Below, piece after piece: positions 48,805 to 58,914 of a DNA stretch of 64,000 nucleotides. The position numbers and the translations under genes are program-made. Position 1 is the first letter of the stretch. Every line of letters begins with the position of its first letter. Under the pieces are notes generated by a model. That model saw nothing but the letters and a program-made list of their open reading frames with translations, was not told where the DNA came from and did no database searches. This DNA is from an uncultured bacterium. GTDB lineage: Bacteria > Omnitrophota > Omnitrophia > Omnitrophales > Aquincolibacteriaceae. The stretch covers positions 186,061-250,060 of the forward strand of contig CAYZYT010000001.1 of the NCBI GenBank assembly GCA_964482725.1, given 5' to 3'.

Positions 48805-50165
48805 GCAGATTCCTCCGATCTGAAAAATTCGGGATTATCGAAACGCGTCCATTCTTTGAGAAACACCAGCGGGATCACCCCCGTGGGGCCGTTGCGCTGT
48901 TTCGCAATGATCGCCTCGGCCTTGTTCTTGTTCTCTTCAGATGGCTGATAATACTCTTCTCGGAAAAGAAATACAACCACGTCCGCATCCTGTTCGATGG
49001 CTCCGGACTCACGAAGATCGGAAAGTTGAGGACGATTACCGGTTCTTGACTCCACCGCGCGGGAAAGCTGGCTCACCGCGATAACGGGAACCCGGATCTC
49101 GCGCGCAAGAGCCTTAAGGGATCTGGAAATTTCGGAGATCTCCTGCTGACGGTTCTCAGAGGACTTCGACCCCTGCATGAGCTGTAAATAATCGATTACG
49201 ATCAGCGAAATATCGTGCTTCATTTTGAGACGGCGGGCCTTGGCACGGATCTCGAGCACGGTCTGGCCCGGCGAATCGTCGATAAAGATCGGAGCCTCGG
49301 AGAGTTTCCCGGCAGCGTTTGTCAGCTTCGGCCAATCCTGATGAGAAAGATACCCCGTACGAACTTTTTGCGCGTCCACACGCGCGTGAGAGCAGAGCAT
49401 CCTCTGCACAAGTTGCTCTTTGCTCATTTCAAGCGAAAAAATAACCACGGGTTTCTTCAGGTTGATGCCCGCGTGCTCGCAAATCGCGGTAGCAAAAGCG
49501 GATTTCCCCATCGAGGGACGGCCGGCCACGATCACCAGGTCCGAAGGCTGCAGCCCGGCTGTCTTCATATCAAATTCGTGAAAGCCGGTCGCAATGCCGG
49601 TAATGTGTTCTTTGCGCTGGAAAAGCTGGTCGATCGTTTCCATGCTCTCATGAATGATGTCCTTGATCTGGACGGTCTTATTTTCGATCTGGGATTGTCC
49701 GATATCAAAGATCATTTTCTCCGCGCTATCGATCATCTCACGGGCGTTCCCTTCGGCCTCCAGGCTGTTCTGAACGATCTGCGTCCCCGATTGGATAAGC
49801 TTGCGAAGAAGGGCTTTGTCTTTGACGATCCTGGCGTAATGCTCAATGTTCGCCGCAGTCGGAACGATCGTGGTCAATTGTGTGAGGTAGCTGATCCCGC
49901 CCAGGTCCTCAAGCTGCTTGCGTTTCTTGAGCTCTTCGGAGACCGTAATGAGATCCACAGGGTGATTGCGGGAAAAAAGAGTCGTCATCGCACTAAAAAT
50001 GTTTTGATGACGTTGATCGTAGAAAAAATCAGGGGTCAAGACTTCGATGGCTTTTGCGAGTGCGATCTCGTCAAAAAACATCGCACCCAGAACGCTCATT
50101 TCAGCTTCGCGATTCTGGGGCGGAAGTTTTTCGTAAAGATTGACCGTTGTCTTCAGTTCAACCAC
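48801..50165 (-). CDS. dnaB: Replicative helicase
   Basis: GRPSMGKS, SLEM, IDYLQLM, SQLSR and DLRESGAIEQDAD motifs. Confidence 0.99.
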   Translation of the reverse strand: MVELKTTVNLYEKLPPQNREAEMSVLGAMFFDEIALAKAIEVLTPDFFYDQRHQNIFSAMTTLFSRNHPVDLITVSEELKKRKQLEDLGGISYLTQLTTIVPTAANIEHYARIVKDKALLRKLIQSGTQIVQNSLEAEGNAREMIDSAEKMIFDIGQSQIENKTVQIKDIIHESMETIDQLFQRKEHITGIATGFHEFDMKTAGLQPSDLVIVAGRPSMGKSAFATAICEHAGINLKKPVVIFSLEMSKEQLVQRMLCSHARVDAQKVRTGYLSHQDWPKLTNAAGKLSEAPIFIDDSPGQTVLEIRAKARRLKMKHDISLIVIDYLQLMQGSKSSENRQQEISEISRSLKALAREIRVPVIAVSQLSRAVESRTGNRPQLSDLRESGAIEQDADVVVFLFREEYYQPSEENKNKAEAIIAKQRNGPTGVIPLVFLKEWTRFDNPEFFRSEESA

Positions 50166-50321
50166 AAATGGCCTCTAAAGAGGTTTAAGACGTTCGCCCA
50201 ATTCCCCTTCGTCTTTTCTTGAAAGAGGAACTGGACTACCCAAGTCTTCTTGTTTCAATTCCACATCGGCTGACTTAGACCGCCCCAATCTCCACCGTGT
50301 AAAAAGGATGTTTTCTGGGGC

Positions 50322-50365
50322 GGTCCTGATTACCCGTTGATCTGTAATTAATGAGAATCTGGGCC
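50322..50365. repeat. TAATGAGAATC element supplying the rplI C-terminus and stop
   Basis: ggtcctgattacc-N11-aattaatgagaatctgggcc. Confidence 0.8.
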
Positions 50366-50803
50366 GCGAACAAGTTCGACCGTCAGACGCGTCTTGACCT
50401 GCGGGTAGATCTCAAGATCGACCTGGTGCGTGCCGAGGGTCTTTAGCGGATCCTTGATCCGGACCTGTTTTTTCTCGAAGCTGTGCCCTTGCTTTTCAAG
50501 CGCCACGCGGAGATCTTCCGCCGTCACAGAGCCATAAAGCTTGTCACCTTCACCCGCACGAACCTCGAGCGTGATCGTAAGATCCTTCATCTCTTTAGCG
50601 CGTTTCTCCGCAGCCTCTTTTTCTTTGGCTTTTCGGACCACGTTGCGAGCGCGCTTTTCTGCGAAGAATTGCTTGTTAGCGCGGGTCGCCGGGATCGCAA
50701 GCTCCTGAGGCATCAAGAAATTTCTTGCGAATCCGTCACGCACACGCACAACATCGCCTTTTTTGCCAACGTCGACTACATCTTTCAAAAGCAATAACTC
50801 CAT
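50348..50803 (-). CDS. rplI: 50S ribosomal protein L9
   Basis: GDVVRVRDGFARNFL and KLYGSVT motifs. Confidence 0.97.
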   Translation of the reverse strand: MELLLLKDVVDVGKKGDVVRVRDGFARNFLMPQELAIPATRANKQFFAEKRARNVVRKAKEKEAAEKRAKEMKDLTITLEVRAGEGDKLYGSVTAEDLRVALEKQGHSFEKKQVRIKDPLKTLGTHQVDLEIYPQVKTRLTVELVRGPDSH

Positions 50804-50846
50804 GGATCAATTCCTCTTTTTTCTTTTTTTAAAATGGCCCCGGCGA

Positions 50847-51167
50847 TCAGTTCGCCTGGAATGCTAAAAGCCCCGAGTGGCGTGACTTTTTAATGAGACG
50901 TGTGAGCGTCCGCTGGTCCTTAGAGCTCAAACGCGTGATACGCCGCGGCAGGATCTTGCCTTTCTCGGTAATGTATTTCCCGAGAGCTTCCACATCTTTG
51001 TAATCCATGAGCGGCAGGACGCGACGCATACGCTTGCGCACGGGCCGGGAAGGACTCCGGCTCGGAGAACCATAACCCTTTTCGCCTTTTTTGGGACCAC
51101 GCGCATTCTTATCAAAAGGCTTTTTCTTTTCGAATTTTCCAAACTTTGAAGAAGATCTCGGTTTCAT
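50847..51167 (-). CDS. rpsR: 30S ribosomal protein S18 (zinc-free, basic N-terminal extension)
   Basis: DYKD...GKILPRRIT...QR motifs. Confidence 0.93.
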   Translation of the reverse strand: MKPRSSSKFGKFEKKKPFDKNARGPKKGEKGYGSPSRSPSRPVRKRMRRVLPLMDYKDVEALGKYITEKGKILPRRITRLSSKDQRTLTRLIKKSRHSGLLAFQAN

Positions 51168-51187
51168 ATTTTTTACACCTGGCTGAT

Positions 51188-51673
51188 TTAGAAGGGAATT
51201 TCTTCGTCGGGTTTAAGTTCGTCCTTTGAAAGGGAGACGGAATCCTTTTTGGAAGGCATGCCGCCCTCCGGGGCTTCAAAAATACTGTCATCCACATCCA
51301 TGACCGGGACATCCGCTCCCTCGCCCTTCCCGCCTCCGGGCTTCGAGCCGAGGAACTGGACGTTGTCGGCAACCACTTCGGTGGAATATCGTTTATTACC
51401 ATCCGGGCCATCCCAACTTCGTGTCTGAATTCTTCCCTCCACAAAAACGGGGCGGCCTTTTTTTAAATATTCATTGCAGATCTCGGCAAGACGCGCCCAA
51501 ACCACGATCCGGATAAAACAGACTTCTTCTTTTTTTTCCCCCGCCTTGGAATTGTACGTGCGGTTGACAGCGATCGTAAACGTCGTCACGGCCTGTCCCG
51601 AAGGGATATACCGAAGTTCCGGATCCCGAGTAAGATTCCCGATCAACATGACTTTATTCAAACTTACGGCCAT
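51188..51673 (-). CDS. ssb: Single-stranded DNA-binding protein
   Basis: [14 protein letters not shown] and DEEIPF tail. Confidence 0.98.
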   Translation of the reverse strand: MAVSLNKVMLIGNLTRDPELRYIPSGQAVTTFTIAVNRTYNSKAGEKKEEVCFIRIVVWARLAEICNEYLKKGRPVFVEGRIQTRSWDGPDGNKRYSTEVVADNVQFLGSKPGGGKGEGADVPVMDVDDSIFEAPEGGMPSKKDSVSLSKDELKPDEEIPF

Positions 51674-51704
51674 AGGTCACCCGATATTTTGCACGTTGGA
51701 TTGA

Positions 51705-52043
51705 TTATGCCTTTGGGGTCGCAGCGGGAGCACTCGGAAGAGGCGGTAACGTAGGCTTCTTCGCGGGGATGCTCACCATATATCTCAAAAGATTTTCCTG
51801 AAGTTCCAGTTCCTTGCGGAAATCCTGCGCCCGGGACGGATCCATTTCAAACTCAAAAACAAAAGTTCTGCCGTCTTTGTATTTTCGGATCATATGTCCG
51901 AGCGCCTTTTTCCCGAGATCGGTCTTCTGAATCACTTTCCCCTGAAACTTCTCGATCCACTTCACAACCTCTGAGGCAGGATCCTTGTGCCCCTCCCCCG
52001 TAATCTCCGGCGGAAAAATAAACAAACCTTCGTATTTTTTCAT
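51705..52043 (-). CDS. rpsF: 30S ribosomal protein S6
   Basis: KYEGLFI...GKKAL...LLRYMV; rpsF-ssb-rpsR-rplI synteny. Confidence 0.92.
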   Translation of the reverse strand: MKKYEGLFIFPPEITGEGHKDPASEVVKWIEKFQGKVIQKTDLGKKALGHMIRKYKDGRTFVFEFEMDPSRAQDFRKELELQENLLRYMVSIPAKKPTLPPLPSAPAATPKA

Positions 52044-52472
52044 CACACACTCCCTCGGCGTCTAGCACCGTTCTCCATATATTTTAAATGGTTGAACGGT
52101 ACAGCACTGCGAACCTTTTCAAATCAACCGCAACGCAGTGCTAGATTAAAATGATAACTCTTCCCGTAAGTTTCATAAACAGAAGCTACAGAAGCAGTTA
52201 TGAAGTTTTTAGGCCTTCGAAAAGGCTAAAAGAGGAGACAATGTAACATAAATGCCGCTCTTGAGCAACCCTGACTTTTATTTTCTTTTATGGCTAGTGA
52301 GTCAGAACCTACGCGCTGCGTAGGGACTTGATTCTCATTGAATAAAAAACTTACGCGTCATCCGCACGGAACAGCCCTTACGGCTTTAAAGGCAGATCCG
52401 TGCAGTCCTAAACACTCTTTTTAAAAAGAACCAAAGATGAGAGCCGGATAGTCCAAAAGCCTATCCCTCAAA

Positions 52473-53075
52473 CTACAATTCCGCGGCATTGACCCGATTC
52501 ATCGCCTTCGCCAAAGGCTCCAGGACCCAGGAGCGGCATGCTTCCATCCCTCTTCCAAGGAGCTCTTTCATCCCCTTCTCTTCCGCGGTATTAAAAGCGG
52601 AAAGGACATAATCCCGCAGCGACGACTCAGACCCTACGGACGCTGCGTTTGTTTTGTTGTCGCGACGACCGATCCCGATCCGAAGCCTCGGATATTCACG
52701 ACTTCCAAGATGTTCTTCGATCGAGGCTAGGCCATTATGCCCGCCCGAACTTCCCTCACTTCGCAAGCGAAACTTTCCAAAAGGCAACGCAACGTCATCG
52801 ACCACGACCAAGAGCTCTTTGTTTGCCGCTATTTTCCAATATCGCACAAGCGCCGCAATCGCTTCGCCGGAAAGATTCATATAGGTCAACGGGTGCGCCA
52901 AATGGAGGGTCTCTTCATCCCATAAGATCGTCGCCAGGGCCGCCTTCTTGGATTTTTGGGAAGTGAACTTTACCCCTTCAACTCCCGCAATGAACTCCAT
53001 AAGCCGCCGCCCAACGTTATGCCGTGTGTGGGCGTATTCATCTCCGGGATTCCCAAGTCCCACGATGAGTTTCAT
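52473..53075 (-). CDS. pth: Peptidyl-tRNA hydrolase
   Basis: VGLGNPG, TRHNVG, TYMNLSG and GGHNGL motifs. Confidence 0.97.
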   Translation of the reverse strand: MKLIVGLGNPGDEYAHTRHNVGRRLMEFIAGVEGVKFTSQKSKKAALATILWDEETLHLAHPLTYMNLSGEAIAALVRYWKIAANKELLVVVDDVALPFGKFRLRSEGSSGGHNGLASIEEHLGSREYPRLRIGIGRRDNKTNAASVGSESSLRDYVLSAFNTAEEKGMKELLGRGMEACRSWVLEPLAKAMNRVNAAEL

Positions 53076-53204
53076 CAGAGCCCTCAATTACTGCTTGAAT
53101 ATTCATTCTAGGGGTCCTCCGAGCTGTATCGTTAGACCCATAAAAATATAAACCCGGCACAAGATCCTCCCAGGAATGTTTCCACAACTCCTGAGCGGTC
53201 GGTC

Positions 53205-53948
53205 TTACTTGCCTTCTTTCCCCGGAGCTGCGGCAGTTTTTCCTGCAGCAGGTGCGGCAGGTTTGGCTCCGGCAGGCGCGGCCTTCGCGGGAGAGCCTTC
53301 TTCGCCTTCTTTATCCTTCTTGCCCTTCTCCATCACCTCGGGCTCAGCAGCGCCCTCTTCAGCAGGCTTCACTTCCTCCTCCCGAGGAGGATGGATTGCA
53401 AGAACCACGTCCTCCGGCGAAAGCATGCACTTGATCCCCGCAGGGAGGGTCAAGTCCTTCACCTGGACGGCGTCGTTGATCTTCATGGCCTTTGTTTCGA
53501 TCTCAATCTTTTCCGGGATCTGCGTCGGCAAACACTCCACCTCGATCTCGCGATGGACCAGATCGAGCGACCCGCCCTCCTTGATACCAGGCGCCTCTTC
53601 AGGATGAAGAAGGACCACCGGCACTTTGACCTTGATCTTTTCGGTCAGCGAGATGACCATGAAATCAATGTGATCGATCTTGTCGGTGACGGGATTATTC
53701 TGGATCGCCTTGATGCGACACGTTGATTCCTTCAGCTTTACGCCTTCGACCTGAAGCGTGATCAGAACGTTGGCGCCGGCCTTGGTGTGGATCGCCTTAA
53801 GAAATGCGCGATCCGGCACTTCGATGGCAAGAGGTTTCATGCCATGGCCGTAGACCACCGCAGGAAACATTTCGTTACGACGGACCGCGCGCGCCTTGCT
53901 GGTCCCGTCCGGAGTGCGTGCCTTAGCTTGCAGTTCAAAAGTTTGCAT
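53205..53948 (-). CDS. rplY: 50S ribosomal protein L25/Ctc
   Basis: PAVVYG, HIDF and Ctc C-terminal domain. Confidence 0.95.
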   Translation of the reverse strand: MQTFELQAKARTPDGTSKARAVRRNEMFPAVVYGHGMKPLAIEVPDRAFLKAIHTKAGANVLITLQVEGVKLKESTCRIKAIQNNPVTDKIDHIDFMVISLTEKIKVKVPVVLLHPEEAPGIKEGGSLDLVHREIEVECLPTQIPEKIEIETKAMKINDAVQVKDLTLPAGIKCMLSPEDVVLAIHPPREEEVKPAEEGAAEPEVMEKGKKDKEGEEGSPAKAAPAGAKPAAPAAGKTAAAPGKEGK

Positions 53949-54195
53949 TGAAAAATCCTCCCTTGCCTCGTTAGAGGCTTAATTGATTAAAACGATGACA
54001 ATGAACAAAAACTATTTGTCTTATCATCGATGAAATGGTCCCACTCTAAAATAGACCTGTAACGGGGCAAGCCCGCGCTAGAGATCCACGAATTCCAAAC
54101 AAATGGCTTTGTTAAATCCGTTCTACTTTTTAAAACAGTTAAAGTCCGTTAAATCCCTACTGGGTAAAATGCTTAACGCTCCCCCAGCATTGTTT

Positions 54196-55173
54196 TTATG
54201 CTTCAACGCCTGCGCGTGAAAAAAGGGTGCTGATCGATTCATTATAGTGGATCCGGCAAATCGCGTCCGCGAGAAGTGAAGCGATCGAAAGCTGTGTGAT
54301 CTTCTTGATCTGCTTCTCCTTGCCCATCGGGATGCTGTCCGTCACAATAAGTTCTTTGATCACGGAGTTCTGGATCCTCTCCACGGCGCTCCCGGCCAGG
54401 ACAGGATGCACAATGTTAGCATAGATGTCCAATGCGCCCGCGTTCTTGAGAGCCTTGGCGGCTTCCACGAGCGATCCCCCCGTCGAGATCATATCATCGA
54501 TAATGATGACATTTTTCCCCGCCACGGAACCGATAATGTGCATCACATGCGTCTGGGACGCGCTTTCACGGCGTTTGTCGACGATCGCAAAATCGCAATC
54601 AAAAAGTTTGGCATATCCGCGCGCCATCTTGATTCCGCCTACGTCCGGCGAAACGACCACGAGGTCCTTGATCTTTTTCTTCTTAAAATAGGTCCCCATC
54701 ACGGTGATCGAATAGAGATGGTCCACCGGGATGTCGAAAAATCCCTGGATCTGCCCCGCGTGAAGGTCCATCGTCAGCACCCGGTTCGCGCCGGCGCTCA
54801 CGATCAGGTTTGCCACAAGCTTCGCGGTGATCGGAACGCGCGGTTTGTCTTTGCGGTCCTGACGGGCATAGCCAAAGAACGGCAGCACGGCCGTGATCCG
54901 CTTGGCCGAGGCACGGCGCGCGGCATCGATCAGGATCAAAAGCTCCATCAAACTTTCATTGGGAGGCGTGCAGGTCGGCTGGACGATAAAAACATCCTTC
55001 CCCCGGATATTATCGCGGATCTGGAGTTGAATCTCCCCCTCCGGAAATCGGCCGAGCATCACATCCCCGAGAGGAATGCCGAGATGCTTCGCAATCGCTT
55101 TGGCGAGCTCCGGATGAGAGCTCCCTGTCAAAAGGACCATATCGCCACTGTGCTTCTTCTTCATTTTCGTCAT
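54196..55173 (-). CDS. prs: Ribose-phosphate pyrophosphokinase
   Basis: GYARQDRK, DLHAGQIQGFF and DDMISTGGS motifs. Confidence 0.98.
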   Translation of the reverse strand: MTKMKKKHSGDMVLLTGSSHPELAKAIAKHLGIPLGDVMLGRFPEGEIQLQIRDNIRGKDVFIVQPTCTPPNESLMELLILIDAARRASAKRITAVLPFFGYARQDRKDKPRVPITAKLVANLIVSAGANRVLTMDLHAGQIQGFFDIPVDHLYSITVMGTYFKKKKIKDLVVVSPDVGGIKMARGYAKLFDCDFAIVDKRRESASQTHVMHIIGSVAGKNVIIIDDMISTGGSLVEAAKALKNAGALDIYANIVHPVLAGSAVERIQNSVIKELIVTDSIPMGKEKQIKKITQLSIASLLADAICRIHYNESISTLFSRAGVEA

Positions 55174-55182
55174 AAGGACACC

Positions 55183-56433
55183 TTACCTTTTCTTCTTTGA
55201 GATGGGCCGCGCGGGAACGCCGACGACCACATCGCCTTTTTTAATTTTTGTCTTCGGGATCACCACCGACCCCGCACCGGTCTTCGCCCCGTCCGGGATC
55301 CGGACAGGCGCCACGAAAACCGTATTGGACCCGACCATCACGTTCTTTCCGATTACCGTGGAATGCTTTTTATTTCCGTCAAAATTAGCCGTGATGGTCC
55401 CAGCCCCGATATTCACGCCGTCACCAATGACGGCATCCCCCAAATAGGTCAAGTGCTTGGCCGAAACCTTTTTTCCGAGACGGCTCCGGTTCACTTCCAC
55501 GAAACTTCCGATCACCGAACTGTCCCCGATCACCGTGCCGCGGCGAAGTTTTGCGAATGGCCCGATCTCACAATTCGCACCGATCTCGACAGCCGCCTCG
55601 ATAAAACACCACGGATAGATCGTGGTGCCTTTGCCGATCTTCACGCCCGGAGCGACAAAGGTTTGATCCGGCGCCATGAACGTCACGCCTTTTTCCTGAT
55701 GCTTCGCGATCTCCCGCTCATTGATCTTTTTTGTCACGGTGGCCAGATCTTTCTGGGAATTGATCCCTTGCCCTTCTTCCGCGCTCGCTAAGAGGAACGC
55801 CTCCACACAATATCCTTCACGCCGGAGAATTTCAATGGTGTCGGTCAGATAATACTCGCCCTTTTGATTCCCCCGCCCGACCTTCTCCAGAGATTCAAAC
55901 AAAACTTTTTTATCAAAAAGATAAATCCCCGTGTTCACTTCCCGGAGCGTACGCTCCTCCGGAGTAGCATCCAGCTCTTCGCGGATCGCCGCGAAACGGC
56001 CTTCGTCCCGCACGATCCTCCCATATCCGGTCGGATCTTCTTGGTCACAGGAGAGCACGCTGACGTGGGCCTGCGATTTTTTGTGCGCCGCCAAAAATTT
56101 CTCGAGCGTCTCCGACTTCACGAGAGGCATATCGCCCGGCCAGATCAACACAGGGCCCTGCGCAGCCTTAAGCGCCGTTTGAGCCATCATCACTGCATGA
56201 CCGGTCCCTTTTTGCTCGCTCTGAAGCACCGGGATCGCACCAAACGCCTTGGAAAAAGAACGCACAGCATCGGCTTGATGACCCACGACCACATAAAGAT
56301 CTTTCATGCCGGCCCCGGCCAACACTTCAAGCACATAGCCGAGCACGGGCTTGCCGAACACCGGTTGAAGGACCTTCGGCAATTCCGAACACATCCGCGT
56401 CCCTTTTCCTGCGGCGAGTACTATCGCTTCCAT
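55183..56433 (-). CDS. glmU: Bifunctional GlcNAc-1-P uridyltransferase/acetyltransferase
   Basis: LAAGKGTRM, GTGHAV, YGRI, EYYLTD and HLTYLGDA motifs. Confidence 0.93.
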   Translation of the reverse strand: MEAIVLAAGKGTRMCSELPKVLQPVFGKPVLGYVLEVLAGAGMKDLYVVVGHQADAVRSFSKAFGAIPVLQSEQKGTGHAVMMAQTALKAAQGPVLIWPGDMPLVKSETLEKFLAAHKKSQAHVSVLSCDQEDPTGYGRIVRDEGRFAAIREELDATPEERTLREVNTGIYLFDKKVLFESLEKVGRGNQKGEYYLTDTIEILRREGYCVEAFLLASAEEGQGINSQKDLATVTKKINEREIAKHQEKGVTFMAPDQTFVAPGVKIGKGTTIYPWCFIEAAVEIGANCEIGPFAKLRRGTVIGDSSVIGSFVEVNRSRLGKKVSAKHLTYLGDAVIGDGVNIGAGTITANFDGNKKHSTVIGKNVMVGSNTVFVAPVRIPDGAKTGAGSVVIPKTKIKKGDVVVGVPARPISKKKR

Positions 56434-56435
56434 CT

Positions 56436-57392
56436 TTAACCCTTGATCCCCGTTAATTTGATACCTTCAACAAAGAACCGCTGATTGAATATAAAGACGA
56501 TCAAGATCGGCAGGATCATCATCATCGACGCCGCCATAAGAAGCGTCCAATCCGTGTTGTGAACCCCCTGAAAATAGGCGAGTCCAACCGGCAACGTGTA
56601 CTTCTTGGGAGTATTGATCACAATCAAAGGCCACATCAAGTTCATCCACGACCCCATAAAGGTAAAAGTTGTCAAAGTCGCCAGGGCCGGCTTCGACAGC
56701 GGCAGAATGATGTGCCAAAAGATCCGAAGATAAGAGCAGCCGTCGATCTTCGCCGCATCTTCCAGATCCTTCGGCAACGTCAAAAAAAATTGCCGCAGCA
56801 TGAATGTCCCGTAGGCCGAAAAAATGCCGGGGAGAATCATCGCCTTATACGAATCGATCCATCCAAAATACCGGAGCAAGATGAAAACCGGGATCATCGT
56901 TACCGCGCCCGGGATCATCATCGTCGCAAGGTAACCAAAAAAAAGTTTGTTGCGCCCTGGGAACTCAAGCCTTGCGAACGCATACGCGGCCATCGCGCTC
57001 GTAGCCACTTGTCCAAACGTAATGAATACGCTGACAAAAAAAGAATTGAGATACCACCTGGCGAATGGCACCACTTGCCAAACCTTCCAGTAATTTTGCC
57101 AAACGAACGTGGTGGGAAGCCATTCCTGCCACCACGGACGATTCTCCGCGAAAACCTGCCCCGCTTCAGCAAGCGATGTCGAGACCATCCAGAGGAATGG
57201 CGCTGCCATGCTCACCGCACCCGCGAACAAAGCCAAAAAAAGCACCGCGCGCTGCAACCGGACTTTCAAAGGAGATTTTTCCTTCAGCTCGGTCATCACC
57301 TTCACAGGTATTTTTCTTTTAGAACGGGAGACAGCTGCCGCCATCTCCTGTTTCATTTCTTCCTGGATCAGCGAATCAATGTGGTTGCCCAT
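56436..57392 (-). CDS. Carbohydrate ABC permease (MalG-like)
   Basis: EAA loop LEDAAKIDG; AYAFARL. Confidence 0.93.
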   Translation of the reverse strand: MGNHIDSLIQEEMKQEMAAAVSRSKRKIPVKVMTELKEKSPLKVRLQRAVLFLALFAGAVSMAAPFLWMVSTSLAEAGQVFAENRPWWQEWLPTTFVWQNYWKVWQVVPFARWYLNSFFVSVFITFGQVATSAMAAYAFARLEFPGRNKLFFGYLATMMIPGAVTMIPVFILLRYFGWIDSYKAMILPGIFSAYGTFMLRQFFLTLPKDLEDAAKIDGCSYLRIFWHIILPLSKPALATLTTFTFMGSWMNLMWPLIVINTPKKYTLPVGLAYFQGVHNTDWTLLMAASMMMILPILIVFIFNQRFFVEGIKLTGIKG

Positions 57393-57422
57393 AACGCCCT
57401 CTTAAGAACTTGCTATCAGTCA

Positions 57423-57482
57423 GAGACGGTTCTCTTTGAAGAGAACCGTCCCTAAAAGCCTGATATTCGGACAGGCTCTAAG
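57423..57482. repeat. Two stacked palindromes between the permease genes
   Basis: gagacggttctc-tttgaa-gagaaccgtccc and taaaagcctg..caggctctaa; the latter overlaps the stop codon. Confidence 0.7.
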
Positions 57483-58392
57483 TGTAGTGAACGATCTTTC
57501 CAAAAAAGCGCCATTTCACGACGGTGACGGCAAAAATGATCAGGAACAGGACCCAAGAAATAGCCGCTGCGTATCCCATTTTGAACCAGACGAATGCATA
57601 ATTGTAAATATAGTAAACAATGGTCGTCGTAGATCCATTCGGTCCGCCGCCCGTCATAATGTAAGCCTGATCGAACCCCGCCTGAAATCCACCGATTAAA
57701 CTCATGGTCGCGATGAAGAAAGTCGTCGGCGAGATCTGCGGCCAAGTAACATTCCAGAACTTCTGCCAGCTACTAGCGCCATCGATTTCCGCTGCTTCAT
57801 AAAGATCCCGCGGCACACCCTGCAACGCCGCAAGATAAAGGATCATATTGTAGCCGCCGATCGATTGCCATACACTCATAATGATAAACGCCGGCTTTGC
57901 CCACGCCTCATCCGTCAGCCAATTCGGCCCGATCAATCGAAGACCGAGCATATCCCCGAATTGAGCGATCATTGAATTAAAAAGCCCGAAATTCGGATTG
58001 TAGATCAAACGCCAAAGCATAAAGATCGCAACGCCCGAACAGATCGTCGGGAGAAAATAGAGCGTCCTGAAAATGACCGTTCCTTTGAGCTTCTGGTTAA
58101 GGGCGATCGCCAGGAGAAGCGATCCTGCCATACTGATCGGAATGGCCGCTATCAGGTAAAGCGTATTCCAGCAATACTTCCCGAAGAAAGGATCTTTCGC
58201 TAACTCGATAAAGTTTTTGAGCCCTGCGAACGCGGGCCCCGAATCGGACAAGAGATCCCATTTCATAAAACTCAGCCAAAGCGACGCCAGCACCGGGATC
58301 GATGTGAAGAGAAGAAATCCCAACAGGTTCGGCATGAGGAACCCGTAGGCCGCGATCGTCTCTTTCGTTTTATCTTTCAGTCCGTTTTTCAT
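57478..58392 (-). CDS. Carbohydrate ABC permease (MalF/UgpA-like)
   Basis: GLKNF and LYEAAEIDGA motifs; TGGGP. Confidence 0.93.
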   Translation of the reverse strand: MKNGLKDKTKETIAAYGFLMPNLLGFLLFTSIPVLASLWLSFMKWDLLSDSGPAFAGLKNFIELAKDPFFGKYCWNTLYLIAAIPISMAGSLLLAIALNQKLKGTVIFRTLYFLPTICSGVAIFMLWRLIYNPNFGLFNSMIAQFGDMLGLRLIGPNWLTDEAWAKPAFIIMSVWQSIGGYNMILYLAALQGVPRDLYEAAEIDGASSWQKFWNVTWPQISPTTFFIATMSLIGGFQAGFDQAYIMTGGGPNGSTTTIVYYIYNYAFVWFKMGYAAAISWVLFLIIFAVTVVKWRFFGKIVHYT

Positions 58393-58488
58393 GGCTTCAG
58401 ATTTTCAATTCTCATTTTTTCATGAACTGCGACGCGGGAGAGAGCCGTCTTTGAGCTCTCCCAGCGTCGTAGTTTTGCACTGGCAAAA

Positions 58489-58559
58489 CTGCCCGGCCTG
58501 GGCTCGAACCAGGAATCTTGCCTCCAAAGGGCAGTGTGATACCATTTCACCACCGGGCA
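58489..58559 (-). tRNA. tRNA-Gln (TTG), CCA not encoded
   Basis: TGCCCGGTGGTGAAATGGTATCACACTGCCCTTTGGAGGCAAGATTCCTGGTTCGAGCCCAGGCCGGGCAG. Confidence 0.95.
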
Positions 58560-58581
58560 ATAATCTATTTATTTCAAAAGA

Positions 58582-58890
58582 TCAGCGTTCGAACGGATCA
58601 TCATCATTCAAGGCCTGCGCCTGGGGCTGATGCTCAATGAAGAGCTCGTAGGCATTCAAGACCTCCTGCTGGATATAATTTTTAAACTCCGCTGTGATGG
58701 GATGCGCCACATCCCGGTAATCGTCGCCCTTGACCTTCCGGGACGGCATCACCACAAAAAGGCCCTTCGTCCCCTCAAGCACCTTCAGCCCGCGCACCAC
58801 GAAACAGCCATCAAAAGTGATATTGGCGAAGGCACACAACTTGTTTTCTTTATTGGCTTGGGGAAAAACACGAATTTCTGTGATCTTCAC
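58582..58890 (-). CDS. spoVG: SpoVG-family protein
   Basis: ITEIRV, GLFVVMPSRK and YRDVAHPI motifs. Confidence 0.93.
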   Translation of the reverse strand: MKITEIRVFPQANKENKLCAFANITFDGCFVVRGLKVLEGTKGLFVVMPSRKVKGDDYRDVAHPITAEFKNYIQQEVLNAYELFIEHQPQAQALNDDDPFER

Positions 58891-58914
58891 TTTCCGACCT
58901 CAGCACCTTATGTA

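Noticed and set aside
48801-50165. Intein in DnaB
   Set aside because: Normal length (454 aa) with contiguous motifs.
58582-58890. spoVG as a sign of sporulation
   Set aside because: SpoVG is a widespread nucleic-acid-binding protein, here in its usual ispE-glmU-prs context.
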